A DNA stretch of 64,000 bases from a virus. The notes below the pieces were generated by a model. It was not told the origin of the DNA, made no database searches, and saw only the letters and a program-made list of their open reading frames with translations. The DNA is taken from IMG/VR virus record IMGVR_UViG_3300036851_000400, positions 4,028-68,027 of that record. One strand, written 5' to 3'. Below are positions 8,857-18,732 of the stretch, piece by piece; positions within the stretch are counted from its first letter, which is position 1; each line of letters begins with the position of its first letter. The translations under genes were made by a program, and so were the position numbers.

Positions 8857-9912
8857 TGCATTCCGGCCGGAACGCTGATAGCAACGCCGTCCGGCTCAGT
8901 GCCGGTAGAGGACATCCGGGCCGGCATGACGGTTTTCGGATGGAGTGCCGGAGAAGGAATCGTTCCGACCAGCGTTGTCGAGATCCGCCAAAGCGTCGCC
9001 ACCGACTTCGTTCGGATAGGCTCGTTGCGGCTGACGGCGAACCACCCCGTGTGGACCACGGAGAGCGGCTATATAGAGGCTGGAAGCCTTTCGGGAGGAA
9101 TGCATGTTGCGACCCTGGGAAATCTACAGTCTGTCCGATCCGCGCACAGGGGAGATCCGATATATCGGGATCACATTCCGGGGCAGGCAGCGTTACAACG
9201 AGCATTTGTCGCGCGCCGCAACCGGCGGGCGAACGCATCGGGATTGCTGGGTTCGCTCGCTAGCCTCAGAGGGTTTGCGTCCGGCGTATTCGGTTCTCGA
9301 GGTTGGCAACGGCGAGGGATGGCAGGAGCGGGAGCGATCCTGGATTGCCAAGCACCGCGAGGATGGTCGACTCACGAACCGCACGGACGGCGGGGAAGGC
9401 CTGCCTGGTTACGTTCCATCGCCAGAGCTGCGGCGCAAATGGTCGAAAGCGCGCCGCGGCGTGCCGTACCGGCCCTGGCGAAAGCCGCCAATGCTCGGCA
9501 GGCGGCAATCGCCAGAGGCGCGGGAGAAGATTCGCCAAGCTGGCACCGGGCGAACGCACAGCGAAGCGACCAGAGCGAGGTTGTCAGCTCGCCGCAAAGG
9601 GCGACCGCTTCCGACATGGCAACGCGAGATGCTGGCCGCCTCACACCGCGGGAAACCCCTAACAGAGGCGCACCGTCAGAAGATCGCGGCCACGACGACC
9701 AACAGGAAGCCAGTTCGCTGCGTCGAGAGCGGGCAGATCTTTCCATCCATCACCGCCGCCTCGCGAGCCCTGGGTGTGACGGAGGCCTCAGTGAGTCAGG
9801 CGATCAGGAAGGGTTGCCGCTGCAAAGGGAATCACCTACAACTCCAGTAGCCGTATTCAATTTCCAGACGCTGAGCGGGAACTACTTCGCGGGCGGGATT
9901 TTGGTCCACAAC
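8857..9912 (+). mobile_element. Intein (352 aa) in the methyltransferase
   Basis: Block A CIPAGTLIATPSG, block B LRLTANHPVWT, blocks F/G VFNFQTLSGNYFAGGILVHN, +1 Cys; removal gives contiguous WPVNE-CDLHARH. Confidence 0.92.
9104..9850 (+). CDS. GIY-YIG homing endonuclease with NUMOD3-like repeats and C-terminal HTH, nested in the +1 frame of the intein
   Basis: EIYSLSDPRTGEIRYIGIT...RYNEH...ERERSWI...LTNRTDGGEG; HSEATRARLS/LTEAHRQKI repeats; KPVRCVESGQIFPSITAASRALG; own GGAGG RBS at 9094-9098. Confidence 0.88.
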   Translation: MLRPWEIYSLSDPRTGEIRYIGITFRGRQRYNEHLSRAATGGRTHRDCWVRSLASEGLRPAYSVLEVGNGEGWQERERSWIAKHREDGRLTNRTDGGEGLPGYVPSPELRRKWSKARRGVPYRPWRKPPMLGRRQSPEAREKIRQAGTGRTHSEATRARLSARRKGRPLPTWQREMLAASHRGKPLTEAHRQKIAATTTNRKPVRCVESGQIFPSITAASRALGVTEASVSQAIRKGCRCKGNHLQLQ

Positions 9913-11334
9913 TGCGACCTCCATGCCCGCCATCGCTGGCTCGTTGAGACAGCCCGAGAGCGCGTACAGCAGTGCAAGACAGACCCGGACTTCTACGACG
10001 CCAAGGTCGCGGGCTGGTGGGTGTGGGGGCAGTGCTTGTGGATCGGGTCGGGGTGGTGCGCGAGGCCGGAGTGGACCGGCCGGATGCCGGCGATTGCAGG
10101 CCGGGATGGCGGGAGAGGGGCCCACGCGAAATCCCGCAACGTCAACCCCCGAGCCGGCGACACGCTCAACAACGAGCACCGGCGCCTTGACCTCGGAAGC
10201 GATGGCGACGGGAACGGGATCATCCGGACGCAGCGCAAGAGCGACCCGGATTGGGAGCAGCGCCCCCATCTCGGGAGCGATGGCCAGGGACAGGGGATCA
10301 TCCGCAAGCGCCCGATGCTCACGCACCACGGCGGCAACGTGGGCGTCCACAAGCCGAGCCTCGCCATGGCCATAAAGCGGCCAGTACTGGCGCACAGCGA
10401 GGGAGGCCGCGGCGTCATGCGGCAGGCGCACCAAGTACCGAGCTTGCGCGGAGATTCTGGCGCAGCCGGGCAGGGAATCCACGCCCCTGGCTTCCAGAGG
10501 CGGTCGCAGCAGATCCCCGTCCTTGGCTGTGCGCACGGGAGTGGGCAAGGCGTATCGGCGCACGCAATTCATCGATCCTCTGGCGGCCTGCAGGCGTACA
10601 TGCGCGCCCTCTCGGATCGGCTCCGCAGAGTGCGGGTCTGCTGCGGAGACTTCGAACGCATCCTCGGGCCCGCGGTCACGACCTGCATCGGAATGACGGG
10701 CGTCTTCCTGGACCCGCCTTACGACACCGATGCTCGAGCCATCTGCTACTCCCATGATGGCGAGGAAGCCGACACGGGCAAGTCGGTCTGGTGGCGAGCT
10801 TACCGCTGGGCCGTCGAGCATGGCGAGGACCCGCTCCTCCGGATCGCTCTCTGTGGATACGAGCACCCGGACGCCATCTTCCCTGAATCCTGGGAATGCA
10901 TCCCCTGGAAGGCGTCTGGCGGCTACGGACGGAGCGCGAGAGGGAAGGCCAACGCTCGCAGGGAGAGGATTTGGTTCTCCCCGGGATGCTTGAAGCCCGC
11001 CCGCTTGCCTCTGTTCGATGAGTCTGCCCTCCCTCTTACCTCAGCAGTACAGGGGGGAGGCACAGGCGTCTCGGCGGCCGGGTCCGCGAGATCTCGATTG
11101 CGGGGGCCGCCGGCACCGTCTCCAAACGATGATTTGAAGCAGGCGGCCCACGAGGCTGCGGAGCTTCTGGCCGATCCCGAGGCCGGCGAAGTTGAGCGGC
11201 TGAATGCGGCGGACGCGCTGCGCCGAGCGGCCGGCCTGCCGGCGGAGCGAGAAGACGACGATGATGAGCCCTACGACGACGGCGAACCGGACTTCACCGC
11301 GGACCCTCTGGATGAAGAGTTCTGAGGAGCCACC

Positions 11335-11829
11335 GTGACCGAGCAGCTCTCCATGCCCTCCCAGGACCTCCGTTCCCTCTGGCCCTCCCTCTCTTCAAGG
11401 GAGAAGGATGCGCGAGTAGCGGAAGTACTCGGATGGCGGATTCGGAAAATACCGACCTTGGATAGCGAGTGGTGGGACTGCCATGCGCCGCCCCCGGAGC
11501 CGCCCGCGTTTCGCGTGACGCTTCGATTCGACCGGGAACGCACGCGCCTGATTTCGGAAGTGAGGCCCGATGGCCTTCTGCTGCCTCACTACTCCACGTC
11601 CTGGGAGCACGCCGGACCCCTCCTGGAAGCCCTCTCGGCCGAAGGCTGGGGTTGGACCCTCTGCGCGAAGGCCGACGGCCTCCAGCCTGACGTAGCGCTC
11701 TTCTCGCCAGGACCGGAGCAGGACGATCATCCGTGGGTCTTTGAAGACGCCTCGGTCCTTTCGGCGGTCTGCCTTGCGTTCGTGGTAGCAAAGACAGAGG
11801 GGCTGTCTCTGAATGGAGGGGAGGCGTGA
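11335..11829 (+). CDS. Phage ABA-sandwich-like protein
   Basis: DARVAEVLGW...PHYSTSWEHAGPLLEAL...AVCLAFV. Confidence 0.6.
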   Translation: MTEQLSMPSQDLRSLWPSLSSREKDARVAEVLGWRIRKIPTLDSEWWDCHAPPPEPPAFRVTLRFDRERTRLISEVRPDGLLLPHYSTSWEHAGPLLEALSAEGWGWTLCAKADGLQPDVALFSPGPEQDDHPWVFEDASVLSAVCLAFVVAKTEGLSLNGGEA

Positions 11830-12119
11830 AGTACACCCTCACCACCCCCTGCGACCAATGCCCGTTCCTACGCAAGATGGCGCACGGCTTCACCCTGCGC
11901 AGGCTTGAGGAGTTCGCCTCGGGCGAGTTTCACTGCCACAGGACCGGGAGACAAGACGACGAAGATGGCGACTTCGTCCCGACCGAGGATAGCCTCCACT
12001 GCGCCGGAGCGCTGATCTTTCTGGAGAAGCGCCAGCGCTCGCATCAGATGATGCGGATCTGCGAGCGCCTTGGCTTCTACGACCGGACGAAGCTACACAT
12101 GGAGGCGGACGTCCGGTGA
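11826..12119 (+). CDS. Cys/His-rich phage protein
   Basis: PCDQCPF...FHCH...HCAGALIF. Confidence 0.65.
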   Translation: MKYTLTTPCDQCPFLRKMAHGFTLRRLEEFASGEFHCHRTGRQDDEDGDFVPTEDSLHCAGALIFLEKRQRSHQMMRICERLGFYDRTKLHMEADVR

Positions 12120-12655
12120 GCGTCTCCCTCATCTCCAGAGTCTTCGTAGGCGGTCTCTGGGACCGCCGAGAGCTCCACGCCAGCGAAATCAGGCCAGAGC
12201 GCTATCGAGGCCCTGTCCCCGCCTGCCTGCGCCACGACTATGAGCCGCCGCCGGTCGTGCGCTACGTCGAATCCCTCAAGGTCAAGCCTCGCGTCCGGCT
12301 CACCCCGGAACAGCGCCGCGAGGTCGTAGATCGCTGGCTGGAGGGTAACCGTAAGTTCGCCGCCGGCGAGCGCCCTGAGACCATGGCGGACATCGGAAGC
12401 TCCTACGGTATCACCATGCAGGCGGTCAACTGGATCCTCCGCCGGGAGTTGGGGGACTGCGAGCGGCGACCAGGTCGGAAGCGCTACGGCAAATGCGCGG
12501 AGGATGGCTGCGACCGCAAAGCCCAGGTGCGCGGACGCTGCCGGCGGCATGAGGAGCTCAGACTTTGGAAAACCGACCCGGCCTGGAAGGCCCGGCGACT
12601 CGCCGAGCAGCGGGCCTATCGAAGGCGAAAGGCTTCGGAAAGGAATTCGAGATGA
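12116..12655 (+). CDS. Putative DNA-binding protein (HTH plus Cys motif)
   Basis: TMADIGSSYGITMQAVNWIL; CAEDGCDR...RCRRH. Confidence 0.55.
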   Translation: MSVSLISRVFVGGLWDRRELHASEIRPERYRGPVPACLRHDYEPPPVVRYVESLKVKPRVRLTPEQRREVVDRWLEGNRKFAAGERPETMADIGSSYGITMQAVNWILRRELGDCERRPGRKRYGKCAEDGCDRKAQVRGRCRRHEELRLWKTDPAWKARRLAEQRAYRRRKASERNSR

Positions 12656-14592
12656 ACGAACCCATAGAGCCCGAGGTCCTGCATGGACCTTGGACCGGAA
12701 GGCGCCACGACTATCGCGTGACGCGACGAGCCGGGGAGCCGACGCTTGAGCTTTCCTATCCCGGCGAGGAGGATCCCAGGCAGTGGATTCCCCAGGTTCT
12801 GGTACCTGAGCCCTTGCTGGAGGAGCTGCTGCGCGTCGTAGCCGAGAGGGACCGACTTAAGGCGCGACTCGGGGCCTCGTTCCCGACAGTTCCATTCTTC
12901 GTCTGGCTCGCCGAGTTGCCCGAGGAAGGCTCTGTGGTGATAGAAGCGCTCAATGAGGCCGACGCGCGAGAGAGGGCCGATTTTCTGCTCGGTGATGAGA
13001 GAGAAGAAGATGATCCGCCCGCATCCGAAGCCTTGATAGCTAAGGCGGTTACGGCGACGGACGTAATCGATTTACAGGAGGCCGCCGAGAAAGCCAAATG
13101 GTTGGAAGCCGAGAGGGACCGCCTACGAGCCCTCTCCGGGATGCAGCACAAGATGCTCTACCGCCTCGTGCGGGAGCGCGGGCACGTCGGGAACTGTAAG
13201 AGCATCTTCCTGGAATCTGATCCTCCTGAGGGCTGGGCGAGTCGCTGCACCTGCGGACTGAATGACGCCGCAACCCTCCTCCTCAATCCCGACGGCCAAC
13301 AAGCCGCCGCGGAGCTGGAGGAGCTGCACCGCCGAGAGACGGTAGGCCGGGAACAGATCAAGGAGGAGCTGCGGGAACACATCGGCACCCTGAACCGGCT
13401 GATGGCCGCGGAGGCCCGCCAGCACGCAATGGTGGAGAAGGTGCGAACGCTAGAGGGGCAATTCGATCCCGACGGACATCAGCTTAGGGCGACAACGGCA
13501 CGGTGGATTGCTCGCGCTCTGGAGTCCATGCTCGGAGAGCCCGCCCCTGCCGACGATACCTGCACCTGGCCCGGCTGCTCGAGCCCCGCCCTCTGCCAGA
13601 GCGGCAACTTCGGGAATCAGCTCGTCTGTGGCGAGCACTTCCTGATTACGAACGGGCCTTTCCTCTCCAGAGAAGACGCCGAGCGGCTCCTCCAGAAGGC
13701 GCACAAGGGCATGGCATACGAAGGCTATCCCGGCCGCGGAGACTGGCACCTGGACGACTCGGACGCCGCCTTCCTCTCCCGCGCCCGAGCCGCCCTCCTA
13801 CCAGAGGGAGAGCCCCACCGGCGCCACGGGGAGCCCAAGGAAGTACCCGCCAGCCCTCCAGGCGATCCACTTAAAGGCGCAGTCGAGAACTGGCGCCGGG
13901 AGATGGCGAACAATCGAGGCGACTTCCGGGAGGAGGAACCGGATCAATCGCCGCCCGCCAGCGGCTTCCGCGAGGTCTGCTTAGCCTGCAACGTCCCTTC
14001 TCCCTTGGGCTTCCAAGTCCCTGACTCGATATGGGCGGTCTCTATACCGGAGCGGCTTCAGGAGAAGAGCCTGTGCATCTGCTGCTTCGCCCGCTTCGCC
14101 GATGAAGCCGGAGTTGAGTGGGACCGTGAGATCCAGTTCTTCCCGGTGTCGTTGAGGACGCACCTTGGAGCCGCCCTTGCCGCTCCCCTCCGGGACGGAG
14201 AGGAGGCCCGAGATCCGCACGATGAGATTAAGGCGGCTGGAATTCCCGACCCAGAACTCTATAACCCTGTCTCTCAAGTCTACTTCCGCGCCGGTTTGCT
14301 GGCCTGCCGCGAGTACATGGCGCGATTCGTGGAGGCCGAGAGCCCAACCATTGCCAAGTCCATCAGGGCCAATTGGTGGCCGCATCTAGGGCAGGACTTC
14401 GGCGCGCCGCGCAAGTTGCGGTTTGACGAATTGACGGACGGCGAATACGGCGCCCCGGACTTCCGGTGTAAGGCAGCGACGGAGATTTCGCCGACGCTTG
14501 AAGCTCTGCCGATCGCGCTCGGCTTCCTGGAAATGATCGCAGCCGGACTGCCCATCCCGCCCGCAGGGGCAGGAGAAGGGAGCAAGCCGTGA
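12652..14592 (+). CDS. Large mosaic hypothetical phage protein
   Basis: 646-aa ORF with ATGA overlap, coiled coils and several Cys clusters. Confidence 0.65.
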   Translation: MNEPIEPEVLHGPWTGRRHDYRVTRRAGEPTLELSYPGEEDPRQWIPQVLVPEPLLEELLRVVAERDRLKARLGASFPTVPFFVWLAELPEEGSVVIEALNEADARERADFLLGDEREEDDPPASEALIAKAVTATDVIDLQEAAEKAKWLEAERDRLRALSGMQHKMLYRLVRERGHVGNCKSIFLESDPPEGWASRCTCGLNDAATLLLNPDGQQAAAELEELHRRETVGREQIKEELREHIGTLNRLMAAEARQHAMVEKVRTLEGQFDPDGHQLRATTARWIARALESMLGEPAPADDTCTWPGCSSPALCQSGNFGNQLVCGEHFLITNGPFLSREDAERLLQKAHKGMAYEGYPGRGDWHLDDSDAAFLSRARAALLPEGEPHRRHGEPKEVPASPPGDPLKGAVENWRREMANNRGDFREEEPDQSPPASGFREVCLACNVPSPLGFQVPDSIWAVSIPERLQEKSLCICCFARFADEAGVEWDREIQFFPVSLRTHLGAALAAPLRDGEEARDPHDEIKAAGIPDPELYNPVSQVYFRAGLLACREYMARFVEAESPTIAKSIRANWWPHLGQDFGAPRKLRFDELTDGEYGAPDFRCKAATEISPTLEALPIALGFLEMIAAGLPIPPAGAGEGSKP

Positions 14593-15044
14593 GCAACGCC
14601 CTTATCGTCCTCGCCGAGTTCGATGAAGAGGTGATTCCTTTCGAGTCTTGGGCGGGGCGGCACCGGATCATCGCCTGGCGAGATTCCAACGGAGCCGAGA
14701 GGCTTTCGGTGCAGCTCTGGCGAGAGGAAACCGGCGAGTGGAGGATCGAAGGGCTCGGCAGCTCAAGCGCGCAGGCCGTCCTCTACGCGTTCGGCCGCGT
14801 GCTCGGCTACCGCTTCGGCAAGGGCGAGCCCGAGGGGGCGCTTCCGCGAATTACGGCCCGCCCGCTTGCGGAATGGCACGAGGATGATGGCCCGGTCCTT
14901 TGGTGGAAGCTCCCGGTCGATGAGCCGCCTTGGGTGGGGACGCCTCTCGATGACGATTGGCCGATGCCGGGCGGTCCCTATTACACCCACTGGACTCCGC
15001 TCCCGATGCTGCCCGTTGCCCGCGGGGACTCCCCCGGAGCGTAG
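14589..15044 (+). CDS. Hypothetical protein with DUF551-like C-terminus
   Basis: EWHEDDGPVLWW...YYTHWTPLP. Confidence 0.6.
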   Translation: MSNALIVLAEFDEEVIPFESWAGRHRIIAWRDSNGAERLSVQLWREETGEWRIEGLGSSSAQAVLYAFGRVLGYRFGKGEPEGALPRITARPLAEWHEDDGPVLWWKLPVDEPPWVGTPLDDDWPMPGGPYYTHWTPLPMLPVARGDSPGA

Positions 15045-15048
15045 AGCC

Positions 15049-15264
15049 ATGGAGCAACAGGTCTACAGCCTCCCTCAGTTCGCCAAGGCGCACGGCATGT
15101 CCTTGCGGCGGCTCTACGATCTCCTCGAGCTGGACTGCGGCCCGGTGGTGACGCGCAACGGCCGCCGTCCGATCATCTTCCGGCGGGACGCCGAGAAATG
15201 GTGCGAAGAGTGGAGCGGCAAGGAGCTGCCGTCGCGGCCGAAGCGGCCGGAGGAGGCGGCGTGA
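15049..15264 (+). CDS. Excisionase-like (AlpA/Xis) winged-HTH protein
   Basis: YSLPQFAKAHGMSLRRLYDLL...GP...NGRRPIIFRRDAEKW; lies near the att site and integrase. Confidence 0.7.
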   Translation: MEQQVYSLPQFAKAHGMSLRRLYDLLELDCGPVVTRNGRRPIIFRRDAEKWCEEWSGKELPSRPKRPEEAA

Positions 15265-15473
15265 CGAAGCCCAGGCCCGATCATCTGCGCGCGATGCCGA
15301 TGATAGAGGAGGATGTTCTCAGGCGCACGGCGCGCATCCTCGGAGACTTCTCTGCGGCCGGCAAGGCGCTGGAGGACATTCAGCGCCGCCGCAACTTGGG
15401 CGAAGACCCGGTGTGCGTTTCGTACGGAGATTCGTTGCTCGTATTCAACGCGGCGGATCTAGGCGACGCCTGA
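15261..15473 (+). CDS. Hypothetical protein
   Basis: GTGA overlap with GGAGG RBS. Confidence 0.45.
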   Translation: MTKPRPDHLRAMPMIEEDVLRRTARILGDFSAAGKALEDIQRRRNLGEDPVCVSYGDSLLVFNAADLGDA

Positions 15474-15500
15474 TCCGCCCTGTTCGGAAAGGAGGAGGAG

Positions 15501-15746
15501 ATGTTGGTCTACGACAATGAAACCTGCAACCAGTTCGTCGAGGACATGGAGGCGTACGGCTACGAGGTAGAGCACTACCGGGGTCGCAACTTCTGGGAGG
15601 GGCCAAGCGTCGTAGCCTCTGATCCTGGAGAAGTAGCTGCTCAAACGAGCGTCACGCTTCAACACGACGGCATGGGAAAGGATTACGTGATCTACCCGCG
15701 CAGGAGCGGGAAGTTGATCGAGACGGCCGGAGGTAGGTCTTCATAG
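15501..15746 (+). CDS. Hypothetical protein
   Basis: Strong RBS AGGAGGAG. Confidence 0.65.
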   Translation: MLVYDNETCNQFVEDMEAYGYEVEHYRGRNFWEGPSVVASDPGEVAAQTSVTLQHDGMGKDYVIYPRRSGKLIETAGGRSS

Positions 15747-16193
15747 ATGAGCTACGGCTACAAGAAGATCAAGCTGAAGGATGGCACCACCAGGGACGAG
15801 CACCGGCTCGTCATGGAACAGCACCTAGGCCGACGCCTGGAGCGCTGGGAGCATGTCCACCATAAGAACGAGGACAAGCGCGACAACCGGCTGGAGAACC
15901 TGGAGCTGACCTCGCTGTCCGATCACAGCCGCCACCACGGCAAGAAGCGCCCACCACCGCGGCCAGAGCCGAAGCTGACCGAGGAAGACTGCCGCGCCAT
16001 CGTTGAGCGGGCCAGGGCCGGCGAGGTGAAGAGGAGGCTCGCCGAGGCCTTCGGGGTGTGGCCCCAGACCATCAGCAAGATAACCCTGGGGCGGTACCGG
16101 GGAGCTACGACAGAGCAGCCAAAGCGGATGAGCGGTTTTCGGTGCGGATTCGGTGCGCGGGGCTCCGAGACTCCAGGCGGTGGCTCTAAATGA
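15747..16193 (+). CDS. HNH endonuclease with C-terminal HTH
   Basis: [14 protein letters not shown]...[18 protein letters not shown]...H. Confidence 0.9.
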   Translation: MSYGYKKIKLKDGTTRDEHRLVMEQHLGRRLERWEHVHHKNEDKRDNRLENLELTSLSDHSRHHGKKRPPPRPEPKLTEEDCRAIVERARAGEVKRRLAEAFGVWPQTISKITLGRYRGATTEQPKRMSGFRCGFGARGSETPGGGSK

Positions 16194-16377
16194 CTGATCT
16201 GATTGGCGTCCCCAGAGGAATTCGAATCCTCGTTGCTGCCTTGAAAGGGCAGAGTACAGTTGCGCAGCCTTGCGCAGGGCGTAAGTTTGCCCCTATGCGC
16301 AGGCGCGAAAACTTACGCCCGCTTGCGCTGTTGTGCGCAGCGTTAAGCCGGGTTATATTCGGTGCGGATTCGGTGCG
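16138..16377. repeat. Integrase arm-type repeats flanking the att core
   Basis: Perfect 20-bp direct repeat TTCGGTGCGGATTCGGTGCG at 16138-16157 and 16358-16377; 12-bp inverted repeat GGGCGTAAGTTT (16277)/AAACTTACGCCC (16309). Confidence 0.75.
16204..16252 (-). other. 3' half of tRNA-Glu(TTC), probable attP core
   Basis: Reverse complement reads CTGCC-CTTTCAA-GGCAG-CAAC-GAGGA-TTCGAAT-TCCTC-TGGGGAC-G-CCA; D arm and 5' acceptor strand are absent. Confidence 0.85.
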
Positions 16378-16413
16378 GGCCTTCCTCTTCAGGGCGGCCT
16401 CGGCGTGACTGTC

Positions 16414-17415
16414 ATGGAATCTGATAGCGCAGGACGGCGGCGAGCCTGGGTGCCGCGGCACCCGGAAGAGGCCCGGGAAATCGTCATGCAAGCGGTCGGG
16501 CGATTGCGGCGGCTCGCCTACAGAAGCGACGCGCAACTACGGTCGCACACGAGTCGCGGGTACTTGATCCTCGCCGCGCAAATTGAGGCCATCGCCCTGG
16601 AAGACTGCCACGATATCAAGTTGGCGGCGCCTGGCGCAGACGGCGGTTCCGACTTGTTGCCGCTCCAGGAGCCGAAGCGTCCACGCGGACCCAGCCCGCG
16701 GCGAGATACTGACCTGGAAACAGTGCTCATCTACGGCCGGGAAGAGTTGAAGATGACGAATGTCGCCATGGCCCGGGAGATCGGGTTGTCCGCCGAGCGC
16801 ATACGACAGATCCTCGCGAGGGCGGGCCATACCGGCCTCCTCTGCGCGTGCGGCAGGCGGCGTGCGGCCAACCGCGAGAGTTGCGGGAATTGTCTTCCGA
16901 AGTCGCCTCCACCCCCTCGGGGCACCCTGTGCGCCAAGGGCTGCGGCCGGAAGTCGCTGAAGGGCGATGTGTGCTTCAAATGCCGCCAGAAGACGCGCTA
17001 TCGGGACGATCCGGAGTGGCGGCGCGTCCGGGATCTTTGGACAAAGCGATGGAAGGATAAAGCGAGCCGCGACCCTGAAAAACTGAAACGTCTCCGGGCC
17101 TCGGCGCAACGCGCGCATAAGAAGTGGGCCGCGAAGCAGCCGAAGAGGCCCCACCGCTTTCCTCGTCGAGGGCATTACGAGATCCTGCGGAAGACAGCGC
17201 GGGATTGGCCGGTGGGTACCGAAATCACGACTCAGGCCCTCATTCAGGCCTGCCGGGAAAAGCGTCCGGATCTGGCCAGCCGCTTCAGTACGGCAGCGGC
17301 GTCCAGCGCCATCGGGCGGGAAAAGGCGGCGGGGCGCGTCGTCTTCGCACGGCGGCTTACGTCCGTCGGGACGCCAATAGTGTGGAAGCGGGTAGAGGAT
17401 TCGTGGCAGCCATGA
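16414..17415 (+). CDS. Putative DNA-binding protein (HTH, Zn-ribbon-like motifs)
   Basis: MTNVAMAREIGLSAERIRQIL; CACG, CGNC, CAKGC, CFKC; very basic. Confidence 0.55.
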   Translation: MESDSAGRRRAWVPRHPEEAREIVMQAVGRLRRLAYRSDAQLRSHTSRGYLILAAQIEAIALEDCHDIKLAAPGADGGSDLLPLQEPKRPRGPSPRRDTDLETVLIYGREELKMTNVAMAREIGLSAERIRQILARAGHTGLLCACGRRRAANRESCGNCLPKSPPPPRGTLCAKGCGRKSLKGDVCFKCRQKTRYRDDPEWRRVRDLWTKRWKDKASRDPEKLKRLRASAQRAHKKWAAKQPKRPHRFPRRGHYEILRKTARDWPVGTEITTQALIQACREKRPDLASRFSTAAASSAIGREKAAGRVVFARRLTSVGTPIVWKRVEDSWQP

Positions 17416-18704
17416 GCCCCCGCACACCCAAGGACTCCGACCTTTCCTCTCCCACGGCCCGCCGTCGGTTGAAGCCGAAGGCGAACCGCACCCCCTACTG
17501 GAGGAACATCGGGGGCGGTCGCTTCCTGGGATACCGGCCGGCGGCCTCAGGGGCCGGCGCCTGGATCGGCCGCGTCTACCGGGACGGGCGGTACATCGAG
17601 AGCCGACTCGCCGAGGCCGATGATGTGACGCCAGCAGACGGCCGCTCCGTCCTGGACTTCCGCCAGGCGGTGGACGCTGGAATCGCTTGGTGCGAGAAGG
17701 CCCTGAAACCGAAGCGGGAGGGCGGACCCTACACCGTGGCTGATGCCGTCTCCGAATACCTCGCCTGGTACAGAGGTCACCGGAAGGCCATCGGAGACGC
17801 CGAGCTCCGGGCGCGGACCTATCTGCTGCCGGCGCTCGGCGCGCTCGAGGTCGAGGCCTTGACGGCCGCTCACCTCAGACGCTGGCACCAGGCCCTCGCT
17901 GCGGCGCCGGCGCGATTCCGGCCAGGCAAGGAGCGCCAGATGATCCGCGAGGCCTCCGATGCCGATTCCAAGCGTCGGCGCAAGGCCTCGGCGAACCGGG
18001 TGCTCAGCTTCCTGCGAGCGGTGCTCAACTTCGCCGTAGCCGAGGGGCGGGTTAATCCGTCCGTTGCTGGCGTCCTCAAAGCGGTGCGGCCCTTTCGGCG
18101 AGTCGAGAAGCCGCGCATCCGCTACTTTGATGCGCTGGAGACCGCGCGGCTGTTGAACGCCTGCGAGCCGGACTTTCGCCGGCTGGTCACGGGAGCCCTG
18201 TTGACCGGCGCCCGCTACGGCGAGCTGATCTCCATCCAGGTCGCAGACTACGCCGCTGACTCCCACCTCCGCATCTCCGACAGTAAGAGCGGCGAGCCCC
18301 GGCTGATCTATCTGAACGCCGAGGGGTTCGCGTTCTTCGACCGGATCGCTGCCGGCCGCGCTCCCGAGGAGCCCATTTTCCTCCGCGCAGACGGCGGACG
18401 GTGGGCTCGGTCCCACCAGATCCGGCGCATGGCCGAAGCCGCGAAGATCGCGCAGCTCCCGGCTCCCAACAACTTCCACGTCCTGCGCCATACTTACGCG
18501 AGCCTCTATCTGATGAACGGCGGCTCGCTCGAAGGCTTGTCGGAACAGCTCGGCCACGCCGATACCAGGATGACCAAACGGAGCTATGCCCACCTCGCCG
18601 AAGCGTGGCGAGCGAAGGAAGCGCAACAGCACGCGCCTTCCTTTGGGCTGGCGAAAGAGGAAGGCGGCGAGGTCGTGCGGTTCAAGAACGGCGGAACCCC
18701 GTGA
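17412..18704 (+). CDS. int: Tyrosine integrase
   Basis: TGARYGEL, SK, FHVLRHTYAS, LGHADTRMT..YAH catalytic residues; N-terminal arm-binding-like region. Confidence 0.95.
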   Translation: MSPRTPKDSDLSSPTARRRLKPKANRTPYWRNIGGGRFLGYRPAASGAGAWIGRVYRDGRYIESRLAEADDVTPADGRSVLDFRQAVDAGIAWCEKALKPKREGGPYTVADAVSEYLAWYRGHRKAIGDAELRARTYLLPALGALEVEALTAAHLRRWHQALAAAPARFRPGKERQMIREASDADSKRRRKASANRVLSFLRAVLNFAVAEGRVNPSVAGVLKAVRPFRRVEKPRIRYFDALETARLLNACEPDFRRLVTGALLTGARYGELISIQVADYAADSHLRISDSKSGEPRLIYLNAEGFAFFDRIAAGRAPEEPIFLRADGGRWARSHQIRRMAEAAKIAQLPAPNNFHVLRHTYASLYLMNGGSLEGLSEQLGHADTRMTKRSYAHLAEAWRAKEAQQHAPSFGLAKEEGGEVVRFKNGGTP

Positions 18705-18732
18705 GGCCCGAGAAAGGAGATCCCCCGCAGCC

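Larger units (their letters stand above)
8580..11325 (+). pseudogene. Dam/D12-like DNA adenine methyltransferase containing an intein; 5' end disrupted by a 10-nt insertion (TGA at 8625)
   Basis: RBS AAAGGAGGT, then MVTKSQALRAPFPWF*; the +1 frame continues GGKSRVAHLVW...VEPFFGSGAVLL...ETVNDAD...DWPVNE[intein]CDLHARH...RVCCGDF...VFLDPPY...ERIWFSP. Confidence 0.8.

Noticed and set aside
8899-11325. ORF-track start at 8899 as the true MTase start
   Set aside because: It lies inside the intein; conserved MTase motifs extend upstream to 8580
16204-16252. Functional tRNA-Glu gene
   Set aside because: Only the anticodon arm to CCA is present; the D arm and 5' acceptor strand are missing
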